NCBI GenBank assembly: GCA_965263035.1
Contig: OZ253580.1
Span: 2,976,001 to 3,040,000 of the forward strand
Reading direction: 5' to 3'
DNA: 64,000 bases
From: Acidobacteriota bacterium
Lineage (GTDB): Bacteria; Acidobacteriota; UBA6911; RPQK01; JAJDTT01
Shown piece after piece: positions 15,257 to 25,400 of this stretch; positions within the stretch are counted from its first letter, which is position 1, and every line of letters begins with the position of its first letter. Position numbers and translations under genes: made by a program. A model generated the notes under the pieces. That model searched no databases. It had not been told where the DNA came from and was given only the letters and a program-made list of their open reading frames with translations.

Positions 15257-18200
15257 CTCCGGCCGTCTCCGCATCCGTACCCCACAGTGCCGCCTCGAGC
15301 CCTTCCCGAAACCGGGAAGCCGACCCGGGGACGAGATACGACGAGTCCCAGCGCCAGGCTCTGGGCCTCTCCTCCCACATGGTGGTTTCCGCGGCGGCCG
15401 GATCCGGCAAGACGCGGGTTCTGGTGGGCCGCTACCTGCGGATCCTGGAGCGTTACGGGCACCAGCCTCACCAGATCGTCGCCATCACCTTCACGGAAGA
15501 AGCGGCTTCCCAAATGGCCGCGCGCATCCGGGAAGCGGTTCTGGCCAGACTTTCTTCAGCTTCGTCCTCAGAGACGAAACCTGCCTGGGAGCAGGCGCTG
15601 GAGGCCTTGGGAGACGCTCCCATCACCACCCTGCACGGCTTCTGCCTGAGGATTCTCAGGGAACACGGCAGCCGGATCGGCCTCGATCCCGGCTTCAGCG
15701 TCCTGAACGGAGGGGATCAGCGGCTGCTGCTGGATCGGTGTCTCCAGGAGCTGCTCGACTCCTGGTCTCGCACCCGGCTTCCCGCGTTCGCGACGCTGCT
15801 CGGATATCTGCGGTATCGGAGAATCGAAGGAGTCCTGACCGGGCTGGTCCAGAGACGGAATCACCTGACGGCGCGCTCGTCTCTTGACCAGACTGAGATC
15901 CTGCGCCGCCTCTATCGGCGGGAAACGGCTCACTTCCTGACGCGGTCGGATCTGTGGGGCCGGTTGCTGCGCCTCCTGGAGCGGGTGCCGAAACGGCTCT
16001 TGATCCGGAACGATTCCTTTGCCCGAAAGTGCGTCCGGCAGCGAGAGCTCTTCGGAATGCGCCCCACGCTGGACGAGATGGAGTTCCTGGCTCGATTCCA
16101 GGAATCTCTGGGCCTGGTGGCTCGGCCTTCCAAAGCCTGGACGGGCTGGGAACATCGGGCCGACCTGGTGCAGTGCTGGAAGGCTCTCAAAGTGGAATAT
16201 GGCCGTTATCCGCTGCAGGTCCCCCCATCCGATGAATCCGGTTTCGACGGCGACGCCCACTTCGAGAAGGCGACGCTGGCTCTGGAGGAACTGGCCGGAC
16301 TGGCGCTGGCTCGCTATCGGTCGGAGAAGGGACAGGACTCGCTGCTGGACTTCGAAGACCTCCTGGCACTGGCTCGTTCCTTGGTCCGTTTGCCGGAAGT
16401 TCGAAGGATATTGCGGAGCCGGCATCGATTTTTCCTGGTGGACGAATTTCAGGACACCAACCGCCTGCAGTGGGAGATCCTCAAGCCGCTGCTGGGTCCC
16501 GACTCGAATTTCTTCGCCGTCGGCGACGACAAGCAGTCCATCTACCGCTTCCGGGATGCGGACGTCTCGGTATTTCGAGCGGTTCGGAAGTGGGTCCGGA
16601 AGCGGGGACGCGTCGTCGAGCTGCGCCGGAACTACCGCTCGCATTCCAGCTTGGTCCGTTTCAGCAACCGGGTCTTTCGGAACCTGATGCAATCGGGGTT
16701 GGCCTATGAGGCGGTTCATCAGGAGATGACTCCCGTCCGGCAAGAGTCCGCCATGGCGGACCCGGGCGTCCGGGGACTGTTCTACGAGAAGCTGCCGCAA
16801 GGGTACGACTCCGAGGCCGAAGTGGCGGCGGAGGCGGCCAAGGGCTTGCTGTCGGAAGGGTTCGAGGCCCGAGAGATCGCGGTCCTGCTCCGGAATCGCA
16901 CCCGGCTTCAGGAATTCGAGAACGCGTTCTGCCGCTGGGGTCTGCCCTTTGCCGCCCGGGGGGGCAATCGGCTTCACGATCAACCCGAGATCGTGGACCT
17001 GGCGAATCTACTTGGCTTTCTGGATGATCCCGGAAGGGACCTGGAATTGCTGGGGGTCCTCCGGAGTCCCCTGTTCAGTTTCTCGGACGAGGATCTGCTG
17101 CTCCTTTCGTTGCAGGAGGGGTGCGGGATCTGGGAAAAGCTTCAGTCCGCGGAGTCTCCCGCGGAGGCCTTGCCCCGGCATTGGATCTTCGCGCGGGAGT
17201 CGTTGGGCGATTGGCTCCAGGTACCGTATTCGAGTTCGGCGGCAATCCTGGCCCAGGCGATAGCGGAGACCGGCTATGATGAGGTGATGGCGGCCGGCGG
17301 CCGGGGAGATCTGGCCCGGACCAGTATCCACCGGCTGCTGGAACTGGCCCGGAGATTCGAGATCGGCCATGGACCCTCCCGGCGTCCCTTTCTCCGCTAC
17401 CTGGAGGGGCTCCGCCGGCTCGGAGCCCACGAAGGGGGATTCGCGGAAGGCGGATCGGACCGGATTCGGGTCCACACCATCCACGGGGCCAAGGGCCTGC
17501 AATATCCGGCGGTCATTCTTCCCGATCTGGGCGCGCCGCTCCTGGCCGGGATGAACGATCCTTTCTTCGGCCTGAGGTTGGGGAGGGAAAAGGGCGGGTA
17601 TTGTTTCGGCCTCTCGATCCGAGATCCGCAGCGGGGGTACCAGGAATACCGGCATCCGCAGTACGAGATGTTGCGGCGGCTGGATCGGTATCGCCAGACG
17701 GCCGAGGAGAAACGGCTCCTCTACGTGGCCCTGACCCGGGCCCGCGAGAGGTTGGTCCTGATCGGGAGGAAGTCGGGGCGTCCATCCTACGCCCGCTGGT
17801 TGCAGGAAGCGGACGCAGAGACCTCCATGGCCCCGTTGACCCTCCGGCCTCTCGACCGCTCCCGCAAATCGGCCGGGCGGGACTCCGGGATAGACGAGCC
17901 TGTTGCCGCCGTCCCGTCTCCGATTCCCACCAAAGACGCGGGAGCGGCGGAACGGAGACGCCGTCCCGATTCGACCTCCGACGGTTGGAGCAAGACCACC
18001 TGGACACCGACCGAGATCGTCTCCTACTATCGATGCCCCCGGAGCTTCTTCCATTCCCGGGTGGAGGGACGGACGGAGACGCCGGCCTTGGGTTGGCGCG
18101 CGAGCCCGTCGGCGCTGGTGGGCTCGGCCGTGCACGAGCTGCTGGAGAATCCGGGCGCGCCGGGAAGTGAAGCGGAGATGGGACGTTTCCTGGACCGGTG

Positions 18201-18762
18201 GCGGGCGAGGCTTGACCCGGTCTACTCGGAGGTGGAGATTCGCCGGATGCGCCGCCGCATCGGGGAGAGCATCGAGGGTGTTCGGAAGAGCCGCCTCGCG
18301 GAGCGTCTCGCCTCCGCCCGGAGGGTCGTCAGTGAAAAGCGATTCCATCTGCTGGAGCAGGGGCGCCTGGTGACAGGGATCATCGACAAGCTCTTTCAGG
18401 AGAGAAACGGCCGCTGGGTGGTCGTGGACTTCAAGACGTCACCGTTGACCGCGCGTGACGGCGGCGAGGGGATCGTCAAGAGAAGTTATCGGCTTCAGGT
18501 GCAGCTTTATCTGTGGGCCGTGTCCCAGGTGCTGGACACCATGAATCTGGAGGGACACCTTTTGTTCACGGAGTCGGGCACTCTGGTTCCGGTGTCCTTC
18601 GACGCCGGCGTTTCGGCTCGATGCCGGGATCTGATCGGCGGTCTGCCCCGAACGCCGGGTCTGAACCAATTTCCCCGGACCCGGGTCTCCGAAACGTGTT
18701 CCGGATGCGGCTTCAAGACCGGGGGGGTGTGCCCGGGAGCGGCCGGCCCCGATCCGGATTGA
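15253..18762 (+). CDS. addA: AddA-like UvrD helicase/nuclease
   Basis: AAAGSGKT, VDEFQDTN, VGDDKQSIYRFR, TIHGAKGLQYP, YVALTRARE, GIIDKL...VVDFKT; ATGA overlap with upstream gene. Confidence 0.9.
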   Translation: MTPAVSASVPHSAASSPSRNREADPGTRYDESQRQALGLSSHMVVSAAAGSGKTRVLVGRYLRILERYGHQPHQIVAITFTEEAASQMAARIREAVLARLSSASSSETKPAWEQALEALGDAPITTLHGFCLRILREHGSRIGLDPGFSVLNGGDQRLLLDRCLQELLDSWSRTRLPAFATLLGYLRYRRIEGVLTGLVQRRNHLTARSSLDQTEILRRLYRRETAHFLTRSDLWGRLLRLLERVPKRLLIRNDSFARKCVRQRELFGMRPTLDEMEFLARFQESLGLVARPSKAWTGWEHRADLVQCWKALKVEYGRYPLQVPPSDESGFDGDAHFEKATLALEELAGLALARYRSEKGQDSLLDFEDLLALARSLVRLPEVRRILRSRHRFFLVDEFQDTNRLQWEILKPLLGPDSNFFAVGDDKQSIYRFRDADVSVFRAVRKWVRKRGRVVELRRNYRSHSSLVRFSNRVFRNLMQSGLAYEAVHQEMTPVRQESAMADPGVRGLFYEKLPQGYDSEAEVAAEAAKGLLSEGFEAREIAVLLRNRTRLQEFENAFCRWGLPFAARGGNRLHDQPEIVDLANLLGFLDDPGRDLELLGVLRSPLFSFSDEDLLLLSLQEGCGIWEKLQSAESPAEALPRHWIFARESLGDWLQVPYSSSAAILAQAIAETGYDEVMAAGGRGDLARTSIHRLLELARRFEIGHGPSRRPFLRYLEGLRRLGAHEGGFAEGGSDRIRVHTIHGAKGLQYPAVILPDLGAPLLAGMNDPFFGLRLGREKGGYCFGLSIRDPQRGYQEYRHPQYEMLRRLDRYRQTAEEKRLLYVALTRARERLVLIGRKSGRPSYARWLQEADAETSMAPLTLRPLDRSRKSAGRDSGIDEPVAAVPSPIPTKDAGAAERRRRPDSTSDGWSKTTWTPTEIVSYYRCPRSFFHSRVEGRTETPALGWRASPSALVGSAVHELLENPGAPGSEAEMGRFLDRWRARLDPVYSEVEIRRMRRRIGESIEGVRKSRLAERLASARRVVSEKRFHLLEQGRLVTGIIDKLFQERNGRWVVVDFKTSPLTARDGGEGIVKRSYRLQVQLYLWAVSQVLDTMNLEGHLLFTESGTLVPVSFDAGVSARCRDLIGGLPRTPGLNQFPRTRVSETCSGCGFKTGGVCPGAAGPDPD

Positions 18763-18775
18763 AGAGCGAGCGGTG

Positions 18776-20443
18776 ATGCAACGCGAACAGTTGGAGGTGG
18801 ACGTTCTCTTTGTCGGTGCGGGACCGGCTTGCTTGAGTGCGGCGTTCCACCTGTCGCGCCTGGTGAGCCGGCATGACCGTGAGGTGGAGGCAGGGGTCCG
18901 GCCGGGTCCTCCGCTGGGAGAGCAGCTTCTGCTGCTGGTGGAGAAGGGCAAGGAGATCGGATCCCATGCCCTGAGCGGCGCCATCGTGGACCCCAGGGCC
19001 TTTCGGGATCTGCTTCAGGATCTCCCCGGTACGGAACCGCCGCTGGACGCTCCGGTGATAAAAGAGGACGTCCTGTTCCTCACCAAAAGGAGGCATTTCC
19101 GGCTTCCCGTGATCCCGCCGCCGTTGCACAACGAAGGCAACCACGTGGCCTCGCTGGGAAAGCTGGTGAAGTGGCTGGCCGCCCTCTGCCAGGACCATGG
19201 GGTTGAGGTCTACCCCGAATTCCCGGCGGTCAAGCTGCTCCGGGACGGGAAACGTGTGGTGGGAGCCCGGATGGGGGACCGGGGAAGGGACGCCAAGGGG
19301 CAGCCCAGATCGCACTTCGAGCATGGGACCGACGTACTGGCCAAGATCACGGTCCTGGGCGAAGGTCCCAGAGGCACGTTGACCCGCCAGGCGGAAGAGC
19401 ATCTTGGACTGGACAGTGACAGTGGCCCGCAACTCTATTCGCTGGGCGTGAAGGAGGTGTGGCGGGTCCCGGGAATCGAGCCGGGACGGGTCTACCACAC
19501 CTTCGGCTACCCGACCGGAACCCGGGAGTTCGGGGGAGGTTTCATCTACACCCTGACGCGGGAGCAGCTCCATGTGGGTTTCGTCGTGGGGCTGGACTCG
19601 CGGGATCCGCGGGAAGATGCCCACCGGCTGTTGCAGGAATACAAACAACACCCCTTCGTGAGGCGCCTCCTTGCAGGAGGCCGGGTGGTCTCCTACGGCG
19701 CCAAGGCCATTCCGGAGGGGGGCTACCACTCCATGCCGCGGCTCTACGCCGACGGACTGCTCCTGGTGGGAGATTCGGCCGGTTTCCTCAACCCCGCGCG
19801 TCTGAAGGGGATCCACTTGGCCATCGAATCGGGAATGATGGCGGCCGAGGCGGCATTTGAGGCTCTGGTGGCGCGCGATTGTTCCGCCGCCCGGCTAAAG
19901 CGCTATGCCGATTTGTTCGAAGCCAGCGAGGCCAGGAAGGAGCTCCACTCAGCCCGCAACTTCCGGCAGTCCTTCCAGCGAGGTTTCTGGACCGGTCTTC
20001 TCTACAACGGCGTGCAGACTCTGACCGGCTTGGGCTGGGGAGGCGTCTGGAAGACCGTGCCGGGCCACGAGCGCATGGCCAAGATGGACGGTTCCGCGGC
20101 CACCGAAGAGGCGCCGTTTCCCGGGGACGGCGAGCTCACCTTCGACAAGCTCTCAGACGTCTACCTCTCGGACACGGCTCACGAAGAGGATCAGCCGAGC
20201 CACCTTGAGATCTTGGACCTGGAGATCTGTCGAGACCGGTGCCGGCAGGAATATGGCAACCCCTGCCAGCATTTCTGCCCGGCGGGTGTCTACGAGATGG
20301 TCCAGGAAGAGGATCGGCCCAGGCTCCAGGTCAACTTCACCAATTGCGTCCACTGCAAGACCTGCGACATCCTGGATCCCTACCAGGTGATCCTGTGGAC
20401 TCCCCCCGAAGGGGGCGGCGGACCCGACTACAAGAACATGTGA
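18776..20443 (+). CDS. Electron transfer flavoprotein-quinone oxidoreductase
   Basis: VGAGPA FAD motif, IPEGGY, VGDSAGF...KGIHLAI.SG, C-terminal CPAGVYE...NCVHCKTCDI.DP. Confidence 0.95.
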   Translation: MQREQLEVDVLFVGAGPACLSAAFHLSRLVSRHDREVEAGVRPGPPLGEQLLLLVEKGKEIGSHALSGAIVDPRAFRDLLQDLPGTEPPLDAPVIKEDVLFLTKRRHFRLPVIPPPLHNEGNHVASLGKLVKWLAALCQDHGVEVYPEFPAVKLLRDGKRVVGARMGDRGRDAKGQPRSHFEHGTDVLAKITVLGEGPRGTLTRQAEEHLGLDSDSGPQLYSLGVKEVWRVPGIEPGRVYHTFGYPTGTREFGGGFIYTLTREQLHVGFVVGLDSRDPREDAHRLLQEYKQHPFVRRLLAGGRVVSYGAKAIPEGGYHSMPRLYADGLLLVGDSAGFLNPARLKGIHLAIESGMMAAEAAFEALVARDCSAARLKRYADLFEASEARKELHSARNFRQSFQRGFWTGLLYNGVQTLTGLGWGGVWKTVPGHERMAKMDGSAATEEAPFPGDGELTFDKLSDVYLSDTAHEEDQPSHLEILDLEICRDRCRQEYGNPCQHFCPAGVYEMVQEEDRPRLQVNFTNCVHCKTCDILDPYQVILWTPPEGGGGPDYKNM

Positions 20444-20454
20444 ATTCAGGATAA

Positions 20455-20485
20455 GGAGGAAAGAGGAAAGAGGAAAGAGGAAGAA
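20455..20485 (+). repeat. Heptameric purine tandem repeat (GAGGAAA)n
   Basis: Three perfect GAGGAAA units plus a partial unit just after the ETF-QO stop. Confidence 0.85.
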
Positions 20486-20527
20486 GGGAGCGCCTTGAAA
20501 AGCTCTTCAGTGGTCTCTGTCCTCTGG

Positions 20528-20565
20528 GAGTCTGCGCAGTAGATCAATTTCTGCGGCGCAGGCTC
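20528..20565 (-). mobile_element. Internally deleted copy of MITE family A
   Basis: GAGTCTGCGC joined to AGTAGATCAATTTCTGCGGCGCAGGCTC, i.e. both ends of the 159-bp element. Confidence 0.8.
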
Positions 20566-20569
20566 CTAG

Positions 20570-20678
20570 GAGGCTGTCCGAGAATAGACTATTTTCAAAA
20601 AGTATTGTTTGTAAACTATTGATTTATAAAGGGTTAAGTTTTCAAAAACTATGATTTTTCGAGTTCTCGGACAGCCTC
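20570..20678. mobile_element. MITE family B (109 bp, AT-rich core, CTAG target duplication)
   Basis: 15-bp perfect TIR GAGGCTGTCCGAGAA / TTCTCGGACAGCCTC flanked by CTAG on both sides. Confidence 0.9.
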
Positions 20679-20722
20679 CTAGCTATTGCTGTAGGTCGAC
20701 CATGTACAAGCCACTGCCGGAT

Positions 20723-22402
20723 TCACGCAACGGGGTCCCCACTCGCTATTTTCTTTCCTCTTTTCTCTTGCCTCAATTTCAGGGCGGCTTCGACGCCCAG
20801 CCAGAGCGAAAGCGCCAGGATGATTCCTCCCACGATCAGCAGCAGGTGCGCCCCGGAGGTCCAGAAATCGCGCAGCTTGAAGCACATGGCCACCAGTGTC
20901 GTGACGAGCATGAAAAGCATGGGGAGGGCCGTGTACCAGAACGGCCGCCTGCGGTGCATCAGGTACAGCGTCACTGTCAGCAGGGTGAGTCCCGCCATGA
21001 CCTGATTGGTGGTCCCGAACAGTTGCCAGAGCGCCAGGCCGGCAGCCTTCCCATCCACTCTGTAGAAGGCGAAGAATCCGATGGTGGCGACTGCCCCGAG
21101 AGACGCGACGTAACGGTTCGAGAGCATCCGGACTCCCAGGGTCTCGCCGATCTCGCTGATATTGAAGCGGAGCAACCGCGTGGCCGAGTCCAGGGTGGTG
21201 AGGGCGAAGGAGACGGCGATGAGGGCGACGAAGGCCTTGGACAGTTCCAGCGGGATGCCCAACTGGCTCATGAAGAGGGCGGCTCCGTCGATGAATGCCT
21301 TCATGTTGGGACCCAGCCCCTGGGCCATGTCCCAGGTCTGGTAATGGGCCATCCAGAGATCGCGCGTGAGGAAGCCGGCGGTGCAGGCCAGCACGGAGAC
21401 GAGTCCCAGCAGGGATTCTCCGATCATGCCTCCGTAGCCGATGAAGGTGGCGTCGGTTTCCCGGTCGATCTGCTTGGCGGTGGTTCCCGAAGAGACGAGC
21501 CCATGGAAGCCCGAGACGGCTCCGCAGGCGATGACGATGAAGACGAAGGGGAAGATGGGGGGAGCCCCGGGCGGATGAGTCTGAACGGCCGGAGCCGCGA
21601 ACTCGGGACCGAGCCAGAAGAACCCGGCGTAGATCAGGAACAATCCCAGGTACAGGAGCAGTGAGTTGATGTAGTCCCTGGGTTGCAGCAGGGACCAGAC
21701 CGGCAATACGGACGCGGCCAGACTGTAAGCCAGCAGGATCACGCTCCACTGCCCCAGGCTCAGATCGGGGCTGGGAAGCTCGACACCCATCCAGACGCTC
21801 AGGAGGGTGACGGCGAAGGCAACGGCGGTGGCCTTCTTGATGGACGCGTTCCGCTTGTACACCATCCAGCCCACGACCAGAGCGACCGCCATGAGGGTTC
21901 CGCTGGGGTAGACGGCCTGAGGGTTGTATTGAGTGGTCAGAAGTGTGGCCGAGACGTGGACGAAAACCCCCATGGCCAAGCCGATGAGGAAGAAGATGAT
22001 GATGTGGAAAAGGCTCTTGGCCCGGCGACCCACGATGTCCTCGGCCACCTTTCCCACCGACATGCCCTTGGCGCGCATGGAGATCACCAGCGCACTGAAG
22101 TCGTGGACGGCTCCGATGAACAGCGTTCCCAGGACCACCCAGAGCATGGCCGGGACCCATCCCCAAATCACGGCGATGGCGGGGCCCAACATGGGGGACA
22201 GGCCGGCGATGGAGGCGTAATGATGCCCGAACAGCACCCATCGGTTCGCCGGTACGTAATCCACTCCGTCGTTCAGCTCATGGGCGGGTGTGGTGGCGTT
22301 CGGGTCCAGCCGAAAAATCCGGCGGCCCAGATACTTGCCGTAGAACTTGAAGCCGATCAGATAGAGGCCGAAGCAAAGCAGGGCGGCGAGGATCGGGCTC
22401 AT
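20723..22402 (-). CDS. cstA: Carbon starvation protein A family transporter
   Basis: TPAHELNDGVDYVP, LFGHHYASIAG, LLQPRDYIN, IACGAVSGFH, LWQLFGTTNQ; AGGAG RBS before ATG 22402. Confidence 0.95.
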   Translation of the reverse strand: MSPILAALLCFGLYLIGFKFYGKYLGRRIFRLDPNATTPAHELNDGVDYVPANRWVLFGHHYASIAGLSPMLGPAIAVIWGWVPAMLWVVLGTLFIGAVHDFSALVISMRAKGMSVGKVAEDIVGRRAKSLFHIIIFFLIGLAMGVFVHVSATLLTTQYNPQAVYPSGTLMAVALVVGWMVYKRNASIKKATAVAFAVTLLSVWMGVELPSPDLSLGQWSVILLAYSLAASVLPVWSLLQPRDYINSLLLYLGLFLIYAGFFWLGPEFAAPAVQTHPPGAPPIFPFVFIVIACGAVSGFHGLVSSGTTAKQIDRETDATFIGYGGMIGESLLGLVSVLACTAGFLTRDLWMAHYQTWDMAQGLGPNMKAFIDGAALFMSQLGIPLELSKAFVALIAVSFALTTLDSATRLLRFNISEIGETLGVRMLSNRYVASLGAVATIGFFAFYRVDGKAAGLALWQLFGTTNQVMAGLTLLTVTLYLMHRRRPFWYTALPMLFMLVTTLVAMCFKLRDFWTSGAHLLLIVGGIILALSLWLGVEAALKLRQEKRGKKIASGDPVA

Positions 22403-22422
22403 GGGAACGGTCTCCTGTGGGA

Positions 22423-25400
22423 TCAGTACCAGCGATCGACGCGGCGGGTATTCCACTCCTGCAGGTAGCGTTGGTGGGCCGGGGTGTCCGGAAAACGCTC
22501 GTTCGGCCCGTACGGGAAGCGGCTCATGCCGTGAAACGGCAGCGGGCCGACCGTGTCGGGGGAGGCCGAATGGAGATCCATATCCTTGCCGAATCCATCC
22601 ACATAGACCAGATAATCCCTCACCCATCCTTCGGGGGGAGCGGGAATTCGGTGCAGATCGAAGAAGGCCTCGATCTCATCACCGGCCCGGGTGGCCACGA
22701 ACATGTCGTCCCGTTTCAGCAGCAGAGGACTTACCTCACCGAACCGGGTGTAGTTGCCGATGTGCGCCTTCCAGGGAGCCGTGGGAAGGATCCGGCTACG
22801 GTCATAGGCCAGGAGCGGTTTCCCGATCCCGGCCGGAAAACCCAGGTTGTGAAGATCGGCTCGTTGGGGACTGAGCCGAAAGGTCTTGTAGTCGCGGCGG
22901 GAAGGACTCGCATCCACCCGAATCCGGTCCCAGTGAATCCGCATGTTGGTTCGAATCCGGACCTTTCGGCTGTCGCTCAGGAACTTGCCCGAGAGATCGA
23001 CGGTCATGGGCTTGGGAAGGCCCGCCGGAAAGCCCATGCGCTCGATGACGGTCACCCAAACGCCGCTCGCATCCTGAACCTGGAGGACCGGGGGACTCAG
23101 GCTCAGACCGGCCTGAGAGGCCGCCAGGTTGCTGGTGCTGTCCGCATAGTCGATCCAGGCGTCGAGCAGGAGGCGCGTGTTCTTTCCCGGGACCGGGCCG
23201 AGATCCAGGATCAGCTCATGAGGTTCGGCATAGCCCTTGAAGGGCAAGTTTCGGAACAAGTCCGGGTATTTGCCGTCGAGTCTGCTGAGGGCAGGCAGAA
23301 GCTCTTGGCCCTTGCCGTCCGTGGCCGAAAGCGGCGGCCGTGGATCGGAGAAGGTCAAGAGTCGAAAGTCGGCATAGGGAGGTCCCGGAAGCAGCTTCTC
23401 GTCCGGGTAGATCTCATAGTCTTCCGGATGGTCCACGACCACCAGCTCGAGTTTGTCGAACAGGATCAACTCCTCCAGCTGGTTGTTCAACGTGATCGCC
23501 AACCGTCCATCTTTCAGAGCCACTTGGCCCCGGTTCAGCTTCACGTATTCGTCGGTGTCGGGATAGTTGAAGGTCCCCGGCGAAAGCAGGTAACCGTAGG
23601 CGCTCCCTCCCAGAAAATCGGTCTGAAAGACGTAGCGCTCTCCGTTCCAGACGTAGAGGATGGGGCAGCTGGTCCCCTTTCGGTCCAACTCCTGGATCTC
23701 CAGCGTCTGATTCACCTCCTGATTGAGTTCCGACTGCAGGACCCCGCCGGGCCACAACAGCCGGACGATATCGATCTCTGTTCGGCGGCCCAATCCGAAA
23801 TGCAGGGTGGCCGCATTCTGGCTCAGGAAGCCGTAGCCTCCGCGCACCTCCTCTTTCTGCAGGAGGCGGCCGCTACGAATCTCGACCTTGGTTCCGATGG
23901 CGCTACGGTTGCTGTTGGTCCCGCGGGCGGTCACGGAGACCCAATTGTTCCGGTTGCCTCCCTGGTTCCTCAGCAACAGGGGGCGGCCTCCATTGACGTT
24001 GGCGACCAGGTCCAGGTCTCCGTCCCGGTCGTAGTCCGCGGCACTCACGCCGCGCACCGGGAGGCCGCGGAATTCATCGAGGCGCGCCTGCCGGCTCACG
24101 TCCCGGAAACGGCCCCGGTGATTGGCCAGGAGGTGAAAATTGCGCCGCGGCTCCTCCCACTTCGAGGTGAACAGGGGAGCCGAGACGAGCAGGAGGTCCC
24201 GGTCTCCGTCGTTGTCGAAGTCCAGAAGGTGGGCCGTATGCACCTGACCCGGCGTTTCCCAGTCCTCGGGCATCCAGTCTTGGCGGAGAGCGTACCGGCG
24301 GTTCCCGGCCTTCTGGGTCCGGAGACTGAAGTCGGATCCGGTCAGTGTGGGAAGTGCCAGGTCCAGGAAGCCCCGATGCGCCAAATCTCCGATTCCGACG
24401 CCGACGCCTTCACCGTCGCCGGCGACACCGGCTGCTTCGGCCATGTCCACGAAGGTTCCGTCCCGCTGATTGCTGAAGAGCTGGTTCGGGGCACCCCGAT
24501 TGACGAAATAGAAGTCGATGTCCCTTCGGTTGTCGAAGTCCGTGCAGACGGAAGACCAGGTCTGCCGGTGCTCCCCGGCCAGCCCGGAGGAGTCGCTGAC
24601 GTCGCTGAAGGTCCCGTCGGAGTTGTTGCGGAAAAGGGAGTTGTTCGCTCCCGGTAAATCCTGGGGGAACCGGGTGCCGGCTGCGAGACTGTCGGGCCGC
24701 CCCGTGAGGTTGGTCACCAGGAGGTCCAGGTCCCCGTCGTGGTCGTAGTCGACGAACGCTCCTCCGGTCCCCCAGGCCGGGTCCCCGACCCCCGCCTGCT
24801 CCGTCACTTCCACAAAGCGCCCGTTCCCTTCATTCCTGTAGAGGACGTTGGGTCCGTAGTTGATGAGGTAGAGGTCCGGATCCCGGTCGTTGTCGTAGTC
24901 TCCCCAGATGCCGTGCATGGTCCGGTCCTTCCGGTGGAGCCCCGACTCCTGGGTCGTCTCCTGAAAAGTTCCGTCTCCCCGGTTTCGGAAGAGGGAACTC
25001 CGGCTTCCCCCAGGCCCGGCGTTGGCCAGGAACAGGTCCGCGTGACCATCTCCATCGAAATCGCCAAAGGAACTTCCCGATCCGACCCAAGGGACCAGCT
25101 GGTCCTCCAACTCCCGGACCGAGGACACCTCCGGATCGACCGTCCCCGGGCCCGCATGCCGAAAGCCCAGGCCTGCGGCAGCACCGTGCTCTTGGAATCG
25201 AACCGCGAACTCTTCCCGGTCCTCGACGCGGGGCTGGGGCAGGTAGTCGTCAAGATCCTCCAGCACCAGGGCGTAGCGTCCCTGCTCCAGATATTGGAGT
25301 CCCAGAGTCGTGGCGCCGAACATCCCCTGGAGGGTTCGAAACCGCTCCATCTCCTTTCGGCCTTCTTCCCCCTGGCTGCTTCGGGTCAGAGCGATGGCCA

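Noticed and set aside
22945-22960. GGTTCGAATCC tRNA T-loop-like motif
   Set aside because: Inside a CDS with no cloverleaf
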